Translations under genes and position numbers: made by a program
From: Phyllobates terribilis
Taxonomy: Eukaryota
Length of the DNA: 64,000 bases
Assembly: GCF_046119375.1 (NCBI RefSeq)
Contig: NW_027362762.1
Location: 454,832,001-454,896,000, forward strand
Reading direction: 5' to 3'
Part shown: in pieces, positions 33,336-44,913 of the stretch
Numbering within the stretch: the first letter of the stretch is position 1
Layout: each line of letters begins with the position of its first letter
The notes under the pieces: model-generated
The model's database searches: none
What the model saw: only the letters and a program-made list of their open reading frames with translations
Told to the model about the DNA's origin: nothing

Positions 33336-34554
33336 TGCAACGGGTCTGGGAGGCGGAACCTCTGAGCTACTATACAAGGGGGCGGTCCTTGTAAGGGAGC
33401 GGGTGGCGACCAGGGAAGACGGGCAGGAAGTCACAGCAGGTGACCGGGACAGTCTCTGAGTGAACGGGCTGGAGGTCACGGCAAGTGACCGGGGCAGTCT
33501 CTGAATGAACGGGCAGATGGTCACGGCAAGTGACCGGGGCAGTCTCTGAATGAACGGGCAGATGGTCACGGCAAGTGACCGGGGCAGTCTCTGAATGAAC
33601 GGGCAGATGGTCACGGCAAGTGACCGGGGCAGTCTCTGAATGAACGGGCAGATGGTCACGGCAAGTGACCGGGGCAGTCTCTAGGTAAAGGGTTGGTACG
33701 ACCTGTGGCGGCTGATGATAGACGTGAGCTCCCAGGTGAGCAGGCGAGAGTCTCTGGATGAACGGGTGGTCACAGCATGTGACGGCGGAGCCTCCAGGAA
33801 GACCAACAGACAGGCGGCAGATGAGCGCTCCCAGGTGAGCGGGCAGAAGTCTCTGGACAGGCGGGTGGTCACAGCACGTGACGGCAGAGCCTCCAGGTAG
33901 GCTAGCAGACAGGCAGCAGATGAGCGCTCCCAGGTGAGCGAGCAGGAGTCACTGGACAGGCAGGTGGTCACAGCACGTGACGGCGGAGCCTCCAGGTAGG
34001 CTAGCAGGCAGGTAGAAGTGTGCTCCCAGGTGAGCGGGCAAGCTGGTCCATAGACAGACTGACAGGAGTTGGAAGGCAGACCGTCGGACCTCAGGCAAGC
34101 AGGCAGGTGGCTGATGTGCGCTCCCAGGTGAGCGGGCAGGCTGGTCCTTAGACAGACTGACAGGAGTAGTAAGGCAGACCGTCGGACCTCAGACTAGCAG
34201 GCAGGTAGCAGATAATCAGGCAGGAATCTGGCAGGTAACTGGCAGGTAACTGGCAACGGGACCTGAGGGCTGAAGCAGAGTAGTGAACAGTGCAACAACA
34301 TTGCTCGGGCACCTCCATTTTGGAGGAGGTGTCTTATATATGGTGAAGTCCACCGGCCATTGGCCGGGGACTCCTTAGGACGGCGCGCGCGGCCCCTTTA
34401 AGAGGGAGGGAGAGCGCGCACGCGCGCCCTAAGCACAGTGGCCGGGAAGGAGCGCGCGCTGCCAGCAGAGCGGGAGGAGGACGCCGGGCACGGAGCAGAG
34501 AGGTGAGGGGAACAGCGTCCCTGCCTAGCAGAGGGCAGGGACGCCGGCGCTACA
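33336..34554 (-). repeat. 3' LTR of element E
   Basis: Preceded on the minus strand by the purine tract AAAAAAGGGGGGGCCTAAAGGGGGGGTAC; contains 45-bp tandem units. Confidence 0.95.
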
Positions 34555-37500
34555 GTACCCCCCCTTTAGGCCCCCCCTTTTTTAGGCCAGACAGAAATTT
34601 AGCTAGGATAAGAGGGGCATGGATGTTCTCCCGGGGCTCCCACGTTCTCTCCTCAGGACCAAACCCCTTCCAATCTACTAGAAAAAAGGTCTTTCCTCTT
34701 ACCCTTTTGGTGGCAAGAATGTTCTCTACCTCAAACTCGTCCTCAGCAGAAACCGGAGCAGGAGGCGTACCTGTAGACTTGGAAAAAGAGTTAAGTACCA
34801 CAGGTTTGAGGAGAGATACATGGAAGGAGTTAGGGATCCGTAAGTTGGCCGGGAGTTTCAATTTATAGGCCACCGGGTTGATCTGACTGATGACCTCCAG
34901 AGGACCGATGAACCGAGGCCCTAACTTGTAAGAAGGTATCTTGAGTCGGACATATTTAGATGAGAGCCAGACTTTATCTCCAGGACGAAATTGTGGAGGA
35001 TCCAGGTGTTTTTTGTCAGCGTGTCTTTTCATCCGTTCGGACGACTGAAGGAGTGCGGATCGGGTACTCTCCCAAATGGAGGAAAATTTGCTAACGAGAG
35101 ATTCCGCAGCCGGGTTGTCCACAGAGGTGGAGACAGGAAAAGGAATCCGAGGATGCTGACCGAAGACTACAAAAAACGGGGATTTGGAGGAGGATTCGCT
35201 CTCGTGATTGTTATAGGAGAACTCGGCCCAAGGTAGGAGATCCACCCAGTCTGAATGGTGGGCATTAACGAAGTGCCGGAGGTAACTGGTCAGGTTCTGA
35301 TTGATCCGCTCCACTTGACCATTGGACTGTGGGTGGTAAGCGGAAGAGAAATCCAGGGTGACGTCTAGCAGTTTACAAGTGGCTCTCCAGAAACGTGAGG
35401 TGAACTGTACCCCACGATCCGACACGATGTGGAGGGGCAGGCCATGAAGACGGAAGATGTGGCGGATAAAGTCTTTAGCCAGCTCGGGTGCAGACGGGAG
35501 GCCTGGCAGGGGAATAAAGTGAGCCATCTTGGAAAAGCGGTCAGCGACCACCCAAATGACCGTACAACCGGCAGAGACGGGGAGATCAGTTATGAAGTCC
35601 ATAGCAATATGCTGCCAGGGGGCAGCAGGCACAGGAAGCGGAAGAAGGCGACCGGCTGGCAGGTGTCTCGGGACTTTGTTGCGGGCGCAGGACACACAGG
35701 CAGAAACAAAGTCTATTACGTCCTTGTGCAGGGTAGGCCACCAGTAGTGCCGGGCAATAAGCTGGAGGGTCTTGTTCTGACCGGCGTTGCCAGCTAGTTT
35801 AGACGAGTGACCCCAGTGTAGGATCTTCTCCCGATCAGGTACTGATACGAACGTCTTACCGGGAGGGAGACGATTTAGACTCACGGGAGCCACCTGCATT
35901 ACTCTGGCGGGATCGATGATATGTTTAGGTTCTTCCTCGAGATCGGACACCAGAAAGGATCGGGACAAGGCAATAGCTTTGACGTTTTTGTCAGCCGGGC
36001 GAAAATGAAGAACAAAATCAAAGCGAGCAAAAAACAAGGACCACCGGGCTTGGCGCGAGTTAAGTCTCTGGGCATGCTGGAGGTAAGCCAAGTTCTTGTG
36101 GTCAGTGTAAATTATTACCGGGTGGAGAGCCCCCTCGAGTAGGTAACGCCACTCCTCCAATGCCAGCTTGATGGCCAATAACTCTCGGTCTCCTATGGAA
36201 TAGTTGCGCTCAGAAGAGGAGAAGAGTTTGGAGAAGAAGCCACAAGTTACCATTCTCCCGGAAGATGATTTTTGAGTAAGTACCGCTCCGGCTCCAGAGG
36301 AGGAGGCGTCAACCTCCAGGAAGAACTGCTTGTTGTCGTCCGGGCGATGCAGCACCGGGGCGGAAGAGAAGGCCTGTTTTAGGGAAAGAAAGGCCTCCTC
36401 TGCTTCGGGCGGCCACTCTTTGGGATTAGTACCCTTACGGGTGAGCGCGGAAATTGGGGCAGTCCGGGAAGAGAAGTGTGGTATGAAGAGGCGGTAGTAG
36501 TTGGCGAAGCCCAGGAATCGCTGAATGGCCTTCAACCCCTCCGGTCGAGGCCATTTCTCGATGGCAGACAGTTTCTCTGGATCCATTCGTAGGCCGGTCT
36601 GAGAAATAATGTAGCCCAAAAACGGAAGCGAGGTCTGCTCAAAGAGGCACTTCTCGTATTTAGCGAAGAGGTGATTCTGCCTGAGCCTGAGCAGGACCTG
36701 ACGAACGTCCCTCCGGTGAGTCTGGAGATCCGGAGAGAAGACCAAGATGTCGTCCAGGTACACCACTACGCAGGAGTAGAGAAGGTCCCGGAAGATGTCG
36801 TTGACCAACTCTTGAAAGACGGCAGGAGCGTTACAGAGACCAAAGGGCATTACCAGATATTCATAGTGGCCGTCCCGGGTGTTGAATGCCGTCTTCCATT
36901 CATCCCCCTGACGGATACGAACCAGGTTGTACGCCCCACGGAGGTCCAGTTTGGTGAAGATTCTAGCCCCCCTCAGACGATCAAATAACTCCGGAATGAG
37001 CGGAAGGGGGTACTTATTCTTCACCGTGATCTGGTTAAGGCCTCTATAGTCTATACAGGGACAGAGAGAGCCGTCCTTCTTTTTGACGAAAAAGAAGCCT
37101 GCTCCCGCCGGGGAGGTAGATTTCCGGATGAATCCCCTGGCCAGATTCTCCTCAATATATTCAGACATCGACCGGGTCTCAGCAGCGGATAATGGATAAA
37201 TACGCCCACGGGGAGGAGTAGTACCAGGTAACAGGTCGATAGGGCAGTCGTATGGTCTATGAGGGGGTAGTGTCTCTGCTTCCTTTTTATTAAAGACATC
37301 AGCATAAGACCAATAAGGAATCGGAAGTCCGGGTAGATTAGCTGGGGTAGGAGAAGGACGGACGGGATGGACGGGAACCAGACAGGTCTTATGGCAGTCC
37401 TGTCCCCAGCGAAGGACTTCTCCGGTCTGCCAGTCAAGCACGGGTGCATGTCTCTGGAGCCAAGGTAGACCTAGCAAGAGGGCGTGAGAGAGTCCAGGCA

Positions 37501-37822
37501 GAACATGAAAGGAGATACTCTCAGAATGCAGCATTCCCACCTGCAGAGTAATGGATTCGGTGATGAGTTGGATGGGGCGTGGTAAGAGACCCCCATCCAC
37601 GGCAGCAACAGACAAGGGTACAGCCAGAGGTTTGGTGGGGATGCGGTATTTCTCTACCAGGGACTGTGAAATAAGATTTCCGGCTGCTCCAGAGTCAAGT
37701 TGGGCTAGTTCGAAATAACGGTTCTCCCCGCAGACGATTGAGACTGACAACAGCAGAGATGGAGAGGATTTATTCTTGTCTAGGTCGACCTCTCTGAGCG
37801 AACCTAGACACAGGCGTTTCCC
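34550..37822 (-). CDS. pol: Pol of element E: PR (LDSGA), RT (YLDD), RNase H, integrase, chromodomain; expressed by -1 frameshift
   Basis: The 1066-aa ORF is open upstream to the slippery site; C-terminal EFEVENIL..FLVDWKGFGPEERTWEP chromodomain; the stop codon lies inside the 3' LTR. Confidence 0.95.
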   Translation of the reverse strand, partial: GKRLCLGSLREVDLDKNKSSPSLLLSVSIVCGENRYFELAQLDSGAAGNLISQSLVEKYRIPTKPLAVPLSVAAVDGGLLPRPIQLITESITLQVGMLHSESISFHVLPGLSHALLLGLPWLQRHAPVLDWQTGEVLRWGQDCHKTCLVPVHPVRPSPTPANLPGLPIPYWSYADVFNKKEAETLPPHRPYDCPIDLLPGTTPPRGRIYPLSAAETRSMSEYIEENLARGFIRKSTSPAGAGFFFVKKKDGSLCPCIDYRGLNQITVKNKYPLPLIPELFDRLRGARIFTKLDLRGAYNLVRIRQGDEWKTAFNTRDGHYEYLVMPFGLCNAPAVFQELVNDIFRDLLYSCVVVYLDDILVFSPDLQTHRRDVRQVLLRLRQNHLFAKYEKCLFEQTSLPFLGYIISQTGLRMDPEKLSAIEKWPRPEGLKAIQRFLGFANYYRLFIPHFSSRTAPISALTRKGTNPKEWPPEAEEAFLSLKQAFSSAPVLHRPDDNKQFFLEVDASSSGAGAVLTQKSSSGRMVTCGFFSKLFSSSERNYSIGDRELLAIKLALEEWRYLLEGALHPVIIYTDHKNLAYLQHAQRLNSRQARWSLFFARFDFVLHFRPADKNVKAIALSRSFLVSDLEEEPKHIIDPARVMQVAPVSLNRLPPGKTFVSVPDREKILHWGHSSKLAGNAGQNKTLQLIARHYWWPTLHKDVIDFVSACVSCARNKVPRHLPAGRLLPLPVPAAPWQHIAMDFITDLPVSAGCTVIWVVADRFSKMAHFIPLPGLPSAPELAKDFIRHIFRLHGLPLHIVSDRGVQFTSRFWRATCKLLDVTLDFSSAYHPQSNGQVERINQNLTSYLRHFVNAHHSDWVDLLPWAEFSYNNHESESSSKSPFFVVFGQHPRIPFPVSTSVDNPAAESLVSKFSSIWESTRSALLQSSERMKRHADKKHLDPPQFRPGDKVWLSSKYVRLKIPSYKLGPRFIGPLEVISQINPVAYKLKLPANLRIPNSFHVSLLKPVVLNSFSKSTGTPPAPVSAEDEFEVENILATKRVRGKTFFLVDWKGFGPEERTWEPRENIHAPLILAKFLSGLKKGGPKGGVL
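37762..37822 (-). promoter_or_regulatory. -1 ribosomal frameshift signal: GGGAAAC plus H-type pseudoknot
   Basis: Slip site 37816-37822; 6-nt spacer; stem 1 GTCTAGGT/ACCTAGAC; stem 2 GAGAGG/CCTCTC; pol is in the -1 frame relative to gag. Confidence 0.8.
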
Positions 37823-38754
37823 GACCTCTCCAGGCAGGCACGGATCCGGTGCTCCTTACTGCCACAGTAGAAGCAGCTCCCCTCGGCACGGCGAAAGTCC
37901 TGACGGGTTTTGACCATCTTGGTCTGGTCGACCTGCATAGGCTCAGGAGAGTGTACCTGGGTACAGACGGAGGGAGTGACGGGTTTCTGAAAAGTAGGAG
38001 CTAGACGTGGTAACCTCCTCTCACGGGTGACCTCTTTGGCACGCTCCTGGAACCGTAGGTCAATCCGGGTGGCAAGAGTTATTAGGTCATCGAGAGTGGT
38101 AGGAATGTCCCGACCAGCAAGTTCATCTTTAATACGGCCGGACAGACCCTCCCAGAAGACGGATACCAGAGCGTCGTTATCCCAGGCCAGCTCCGAGGCA
38201 AGGGTACGGAACCGTATGGCATATTGGCCCACGGTGAGACTTCCCTGACGGAGGCGTAGCAGTGATGATGCGGATGAGGTCTTCCGTCCGGGTTCGTCGA
38301 AGACTTTCCGGAAAGCCGTGAGAAAAGCAGGCAAGTTGGACACCAGGGGGTCTCCTCTCTCCCATAGAGGATTTAGCCAGGCCAGGGCCTCCCCGGTGAG
38401 ATGGGACATGATGAATGCAATTTTGGCCCGATCGGAGTTAAACTGGTAGGACAATAGTTCAAAATGCAGGGTGCACTGATTTATGAAGCCCCGAGCCTGG
38501 GCGGAGTCGCCTCCGAAGCGAGGAGGTGCAGAAAGCCGGGGTCCGGGGTAGGATACCATGGTATTAGTGGGCAGCGGAGCTGCCGGACTGCGAGACATGG
38601 CACTGGCGGAGGTTGCTGGTGGAGCAGTCAGAGTGTCCAGGCGAGTATTGACATTCCGCAGGTGACCCAGGATGGACTCCTGTTGGGACCTTTGACGGGA
38701 CAGTTCATGACACAAGTCCGAGAGCGAGGGAGCTTGGGTGCCACCGGGTTCCAT
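37804..38754 (-). CDS. gag: Gag of element E (PEG10/RTL-like capsid plus CCHC)
   Basis: 316 aa with PPRFGG, FINQCTLHF, LRQGSLTVGQYAIRFRTLA and CFYCGSKEHRIRAC. Confidence 0.95.
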   Translation of the reverse strand: MEPGGTQAPSLSDLCHELSRQRSQQESILGHLRNVNTRLDTLTAPPATSASAMSRSPAAPLPTNTMVSYPGPRLSAPPRFGGDSAQARGFINQCTLHFELLSYQFNSDRAKIAFIMSHLTGEALAWLNPLWERGDPLVSNLPAFLTAFRKVFDEPGRKTSSASSLLRLRQGSLTVGQYAIRFRTLASELAWDNDALVSVFWEGLSGRIKDELAGRDIPTTLDDLITLATRIDLRFQERAKEVTRERRLPRLAPTFQKPVTPSVCTQVHSPEPMQVDQTKMVKTRQDFRRAEGSCFYCGSKEHRIRACLERSGNACV

Positions 38755-38755
38755 G

Positions 38756-38765
38756 GCCCGAGCAA
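38756..38765 (-). promoter_or_regulatory. Self-priming PBS of element E
   Basis: TTGCTCGGGC, 2 nt after the LTR. It is not a TGG tRNA site; it is perfectly complementary to GCCCGAGCAA at 39700-39691, about 30 nt downstream of a TATATAAG box in the LTR. Confidence 0.8.
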
Positions 38766-38767
38766 AC

Positions 38768-39944
38768 TGTAACGGGTCTGGGAGGCGGAACCTCTGAGCT
38801 ACTATACAAGGGGGCGGTCCTTGTAAGGGAGCAGGTGGCGACCAGGGAAGACGGGCAGGAAGTCACAGCAGGTGACTGGGACAGTCTCTGAGTGAACGGG
38901 CTGGAGATCACGGCAAGTGACCGGCGCAGTCTCTGAATGAACGGGCAGATGGTCACGGCAAGTGACCGGGGCAGTCTCTGAATGAACGGGCAGATGGTCA
39001 CGGCAAGTGACCGAGGCAGTCTCTGAATGAACGGGCAGATGGTCACGGCAAGTGACCGGGGCAGTCTCTAGGTAAAGGGTTGGTACGACCTGTGGCGGCT
39101 GATGATAGACGTGAGCTCCCAGGTGAGCAGGCGAGAGTCTCTGGATGAACGGGTGGTCACAGCATGTGACGGCGGAGCCTCCAGGAAGACCAACAGACAG
39201 ACGGCAGATGAGCGCTCCCAGGTGAGCGGGCAGAAGTCTCTGGACAGGCGGGTGGTCACAGCACGTGACGGCAGAGCCTCCAGGTAGGCTAGCAGACAGG
39301 CAGCAGATGAGCGCTCCCAGGTGAGCGAGCAGGAGTCACTGGACAGGCAGGTGGTCACAGCACGTGACGGCGGAGCCTCCAGGTAGGCTAGCAGGCAGGT
39401 AGCAGAAGTGTGCTCCCAGGTGAGCGGGCAAGCTGGTCCATAGACAGACTGACAGGAGTTGGAAGGCAGACCGTCGGACCTCAGGCAAGCAGGCAGGTGG
39501 CTGATGTGCGCTCCCAGGTGAGCGGTCAGGCTGGTCCTTAGACAGACTGACAGGAGTAGTAAGGCAGACCGTCGGACCTCAGACTAGCAGGCAGGTAGCA
39601 GATAATCAGGCAGGAATCTGGCAGGTAACTGGCAGGTAACTGGCAACGGGACCTGAGGGCTGAAGCAGAGTAGTGAACAGTGCAACAACATTGCTCGGGC
39701 ACCTCCATTTTGGAGGAGGTGCCTTATATATGGTGAAGTCCTCCGGCCATTGGCCGGGGACTCCTTAGGACGGCGCGCGCGGCCCCTTTAAGAGGGAGGG
39801 AGAGCGCGCGCGCGCGCCCTAAGCACAGTGGCCGGGAAGGAGCGCGCGCTGCCAGCAGAGCGGGAGGAGGACGCCGGGCACGGAGCAGAGAGGTGAGGGG
39901 AACAGCGTCCCTGCCTAGCAGAGGGCAGGGACGCCGGCGCTACA
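38768..39944 (-). repeat. 5' LTR of element E
   Basis: TGTAGCGCC...CGTTACA on the minus strand. Confidence 0.95.
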
Positions 39945-40328
39945 GTTCGTATACACAGAGGTGTAGAAGTAAAGGGGCTTCCTCTGTTCAAAGGACTCAA
40001 CTTCCTCAAGTTTAGTACTTCTCTTTCGTTATTTCTTTTTACATAATGTATTTGTATATACCATATTGCTTTGTTCCCATTTTGTATAATCTTTGTATAT
40101 TTTTTTTTATAAATACTGCCTACCTTTCTGGATTAAATATATAGAATTTAATACCTTTGTTCCTCTGGCTCTGTTAACTGCACCCCTGAAGACATACGCT
40201 ATCTGTACCACGTGTCCAATAGGCCGCTATAAATGATTGGTGGTGTCACCTAGTAGTTTTTTTGTTATTGTGGAGCTGGCAGTGGCTGTACCGGGTATAA
40301 GGCGGCGGTGTTCACACCGTGCAGTAAC

Positions 40329-40874
40329 TGAGGCAGTGACCCAAGCAAATCCAACATAAGCAGCTTTTATTCAGCAACTCCCAGGTAAACAGAAAGTCCT
40401 CCGGTTCGCAGCCGGGTTAACATAAGTCCATAAACAACGGTTGCTGTCGTAGGCAACAGCCGCGCTGGGCTGCTCAAAGCCTGACGGGTGCAGAGCCTTC
40501 CCAGGCGTGGGTTCAGCTACTCACAGATCCGCCGAGCTTTCCTGGTATACTCCTAGCAGGTTCCAACACTGAACAACACTAATCCTTAATGCAGGGTTTT
40601 TAAAGGACCTGTGGCAAGAGCCACTGGAAACCCCGGGTTGGAGGGAGGAGTCCGCCCCACTGCCTTCCTGTAGCCTCCCCCAAGAAAAGAAGGCCCTGTC
40701 GGGTTTTACTTAATCTGCCTTAGCCAGATAGCCTGACCAGGTCAATGCTCACCTTCATTCCTGCATTGCAGCTGTGTCTGTGACTGCAATGCACTCCAAT
40801 GGGTTTAATAGGTCTCTGTACACATTCTGGGGGATATACAACGTCCTTCGTATACGATCCCAGTCACTGCCTCA
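40329..40874 (-). repeat. Probable solo LTR
   Basis: Perfect 12-bp terminal inverted repeat TGAGGCAGTGAC/GTCACTGCCTCA and a minus-strand AATAAAA near 40365; no clear TSD. Confidence 0.45.
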
Positions 40875-41149
40875 CACGGGGTATAAATATTCCTTACGTT
40901 GGAATCGGAGGTCTATATACCATACGCTCACTGTGAGTTCCCCAATAACCGGCCTAGTAGTGGAAGCAGCCGCTGTCTCGCCCATCAATAATCAGCCAAT
41001 TGTATAATTGTAATGATGATTGGAGGCAGCGGAGTTGCATCCCCTGACAAATTGGTGGCAAGTGGTGGTTTATGCGTGATCTCCCCAGTGTTACCATTGA
41101 CAAATTGGTGGCAGCGGTGGGATCTGCGTGATTTCCCCGGTGTTATCCG

Positions 41150-42157
41150 TGACACTGGCAATTTTTTCTATTCTGACCAGTGTCACTTTATGAGGTAACA
41201 ACTCTGGAACACTTCAACGGATCCCAGTGACTGATTGTTTTTTCTTGACATATTGTACTTCATGTTAGTGGTAAAATTTCTTCAATATGACTTGCGTTTA
41301 TTTGCGTACATGTCGGAAATGTTGTGAAAATGTTGAAAATTTAGCAATTTTCAAACATTTCATTTTTATGTCCTTAAACTAGAGAGTTATGTCACACAAA
41401 ATAGTTAACAAAAAACATTTCCCACATGCCTACTTTACATCAGCACCATTTTTTAAACTATTTTTTTTTTTGTTAAGAAGTTAGAAAAGTTAAAAGTTGA
41501 TTAGTAATTTCTCATTTTTCCAACAAAATTTACTAAAATCATTTAGATTTTTAGGGACCATATCCCATTTGAAGTGATTTAGTGAGGCCAATGTGGCAGA
41601 AAATACCCAAAAGTGACACCATTCTAAAAACTGCACCCTTCAAAGTGCTCAAAAACCACATTCAAAAAGTGTATTAACTGTTCAAGTGCTTCACAATAAA
41701 TGTGGAAGAAAAATATGAAAATTTAACTTTTTCCCACAAAAAATGTTACTTTAGCACTCAATTTTGCATGTTCACAAAGTTAACAGGAGAAAATGCACCA
41801 TACAATTTGTTGTGCAATTTTTACTGAGTAAGCTGATACCCCATATGTGGTGGAAAACTACTGCTTAGGTGCGCGGGCTTGGAAGGAAAGGAGCACCATT
41901 TGACTTTTGTAACGCAAAATTGGCTGGAATTGATAGCGGACGCCATATCGCGTTTGGAGAGCCTCTGAAGTGCCTAAACAGTGGAAACCCCCCACAAGTG
42001 ACCCAATTTTTGGAAACTACACCCCTCAAAAAATTATGTAGAGGCATAGTTATAGTAATGATAATAATGCTTTTGGTTTTACTGGTGTATGAATTTATAA
42101 TGTGATAGTATGTGTAAATTGTGCATCAGATTATAAAAGTGTGTTGTGTTAACAGGG
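41150..42157. mobile_element. Diverged internal segment of the TTAA element family
   Basis: Co-linear with about 46985-47860 (TTCTGACCA.TGTCACTTTATGA, GTGGAAACCCCCCACAAGTG). Confidence 0.75.
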
Positions 42158-43815
42158 CGTAACATCCCTGGCGGCGTGCTTGCATAGTGCACCACCTCCC
42201 ACCATGCAAGACGGCAATCTTACCCATCAGTCCAGTCTGCAAACCTTGCTCCAGTTCATGCTGTGTGCATTTCTCTTGTCTGATTGCTTAGGGCGGCGGC
42301 CCAGTTACTTCCTGATTCTTATAGCTGCAGTGGGCGCACTCCTAATGCGTCCCCAGCCTATTGCTGTGAGTCACTGGATATTTAAACCCCCTCCACCCAG
42401 AAGGAGGTGCCTGAGCAACACTAACTATCAGTGTGCTCTCTGCCTCTGAGTTGCCAGGTCTTGTCCTGTATCTTGTCTGTTTCTGCCACCCTGGGGGCTG
42501 AATACCCAGGCCTGTTATCTGTGACTTCTAGTCTGTTTCCCCCACCCTGGGGGCTGTATACCCAGGCCTGTTATCTGTGACTTCTAGTCCATTTCTGCCA
42601 CCCTGGGGGCTGTATACCCAGGCTCGTTCCTGTATCTCGTTGCAGTATTAGTTCCTGTCTGAACTGTCTCCTAGCCTGTTACCTGTTTGTCTCTATGTCC
42701 GTACCCTCCCTTTTCCTGCAGTGTCTGAACCTGCACCTAACTCCAACTTATTGTCTCTGTACTTCTGTTTGTGAGTTTTGTGTCCACTTGCTACTTCATT
42801 GTAAGTACCTTGTGTGTATCTGGTTCTGTTTGTCCCTTTTCCCTTCCTCCGTATCTACCTCCTGTGTTCTAACCATCTTCCTGTATTTTCCAGTCTGTTC
42901 CATGTGAACAGAGCCCTGTCCTCTCTGCCTGCACCTGCAGCCCTGTTCTGCTCTGCTTGCTCACCGTGCCAGCGGTTTCTCTCTGCTCTGCCTTGCCCAC
43001 CGCTCCGAAGGTTCCACTCTGCTCTGCCTTGTCCACCGCACCTGCAGTTTCGCTCTGCTTGCTCACCGCACTTGCGGTTTCGCTCTGCTCTGCCTTGTCC
43101 ACCACTCCGGCGGTTCCTCTCTCCTCTGCCTTGTCCACCGCACCTGCGGTTTCGCTCTGCTCTGCTTGCTCACAGCACCTGCGGTTTCGCTCTGCTCTGC
43201 CTTGTTCACCGCTCCTGCGGTTTCGCTCCGCTCTGCCTTGTCCACCGCACCTGCGGTTTCGCTCCGCTCTGCTTGCTCACCGCACCAGCGGTTCCTCTCT
43301 GCTCTGCCTTGTCCACCGCTCCGGCGGTTCCTCTCTGCTCTGCCTTGTCCTCCGCTCCAGCGGTTTCGCTTTACTCTGCTTGTCTACCGCATCTGCGGCT
43401 CTGTTCCTGTCTCCCAGTCTGTACTGGACCCTATCCAGCCTGCACTCCAACCTGCTAGTACCTCCCTGTCTGCACTCCAGCCGTGCTTGCCAGTATCTCC
43501 CTGTCTGCACTCCATCCGTGCTTGCCAGTACCCACCTGTCTGCATACCAGCCGTGCTTGCCAGTACCCACCTGTCTGCATACCAGCCGTGCTTGCCAGTA
43601 CCCACCTGTCTGCATACCAGCCTAACCTGCCTGTTCCTGCATTCCCCAGTGTGGGTCAACAGCTGTGACCGGGGTCTGACCTGGAGTAGCACCTGGTCCC
43701 TCTGCTCGGTTCCTCCTTGGTTCACGGAGTCGACTGAGCCGCCGTGCGACCTTGGTTGGATGGGGCTGATACTTAGTTACACCCCTCCAGACACTCCTCG
43801 GTTCATGGTACAGTG
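42158..43815 (+). repeat. Second copy of LTR F family (3'-truncated) with degenerate 36-bp and other tandem repeats
   Basis: (T>C)GTAACATCCCTGGCGGCGTGCTTGCAT aligns with the reverse complement of the 23255 end; similar GATACTTAGTTAC..GGTTCATGG tail. Confidence 0.75.
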
Positions 43816-44470
43816 CACGGACAACTTTTTGTACTGTAGTTTTGCTTTTTGCATGGCACTGTATGGTTTGAGGACATGATCTGAGATATCTACACCCCCC
43901 ATGAATTTATTATAATCCAGGGTACCATCTGGCTTTAGGACTTCAGTTGTGGTATCTTGGACACTAACAAGAGAGCTTTTGTCATGGTGGATGGTGGTCA
44001 AGATAAAGACATCCCTGTTGTCCTTATACTTGACCACCAGCTACATTGGGCTCTGCTGTCGCCCTTTCTAAGCAGTTGCCCAATTTGCGGCTTAGGGAGG
44101 CCTCTCAGATTTCTTCGCATGCTACTGTTCCTATGGCAGAGAAGGTCTTAAAGAGTGGGATGCTGATGCAAAAGTTATCTATGTAGAGGTGATAACCCTT
44201 ATCCAGCAGTGGGTGCAGCAATTCTCACACAATTTTCCCACTCACCCCCAGGACAGAGGTGCATTCAGGGGTGTCAATCCAGGTGTCCGTCCCTTCATAG
44301 ACCCTAAATCTGTGGGTGTACCCTGAGGTACTCTCGCACAGCTTGTACAATTTAATTCTGTACCTTGCCCTCTTACTGGGAAGGTATTGTTGGAATTTTA
44401 GCCTCCCTTTAAAATGAACCAGAGATTGTCTCCAATGTGAATACAGTTACCAGCCCAGCTGGACGCTTAC
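43815..44470 (-). pseudogene. piggyBac (PGBD4-like) transposase fragment
   Basis: SLVHFKGRLKFQQYLPSKRARY.IKLYKLCESTSGY, HLYIDNF, KYKDNRDVFILTTIH and DYNKFMGGVDISD..YKKL. Confidence 0.9.
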
Positions 44471-44913
44471 TGTCAGACCACGTATACAAAAATCACGCCT
44501 GGAACCACCATGGCAGACTTAAATATTGTCTCCTTTAATGCAAAAGGACTAAACACCCCAGAAAAGCGTGCCCAAGTCCTACGTCATTTCCATAGCCGCA
44601 AGGCGCACCTCCTTTGCTTTCAAGAAACCCTTTCAAGGTAAACCATTCGCCCACAATCAAAGACAAATATTACACATCTGGCATTTTGCCAACAACCCGG
44701 TCTCACGATCAAAAGGCGTAGCAATTGCAATACAGAAATCATTAAATCACCAGATAATTAGTTGCACCACCGATCCAAACGCCAGATTTATGACCTTATC
44801 CATAGAAGGCCAAATCTTTACCGCAATCAATTCATACTCCCCAAATCAGGAGCAGACTTCCTTTCTTTCAAAAGTAATTGACCTGGCCACACTCCTAGTT
44901 AAAGGCACCCTAA

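Larger units (their letters stand above)
33336..39944 (-). mobile_element. Full-length chromovirus-type Ty3/gypsy element E (Tf1/sushi group), near intact
   Basis: LTRs 33336-34554 and 38768-39944 (about 11 substitutions, one 45-bp repeat unit and a 3-bp indel). TSD GTTCG at 33331-33335 and 39945-39949. Open gag and pol. Confidence 0.97.
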
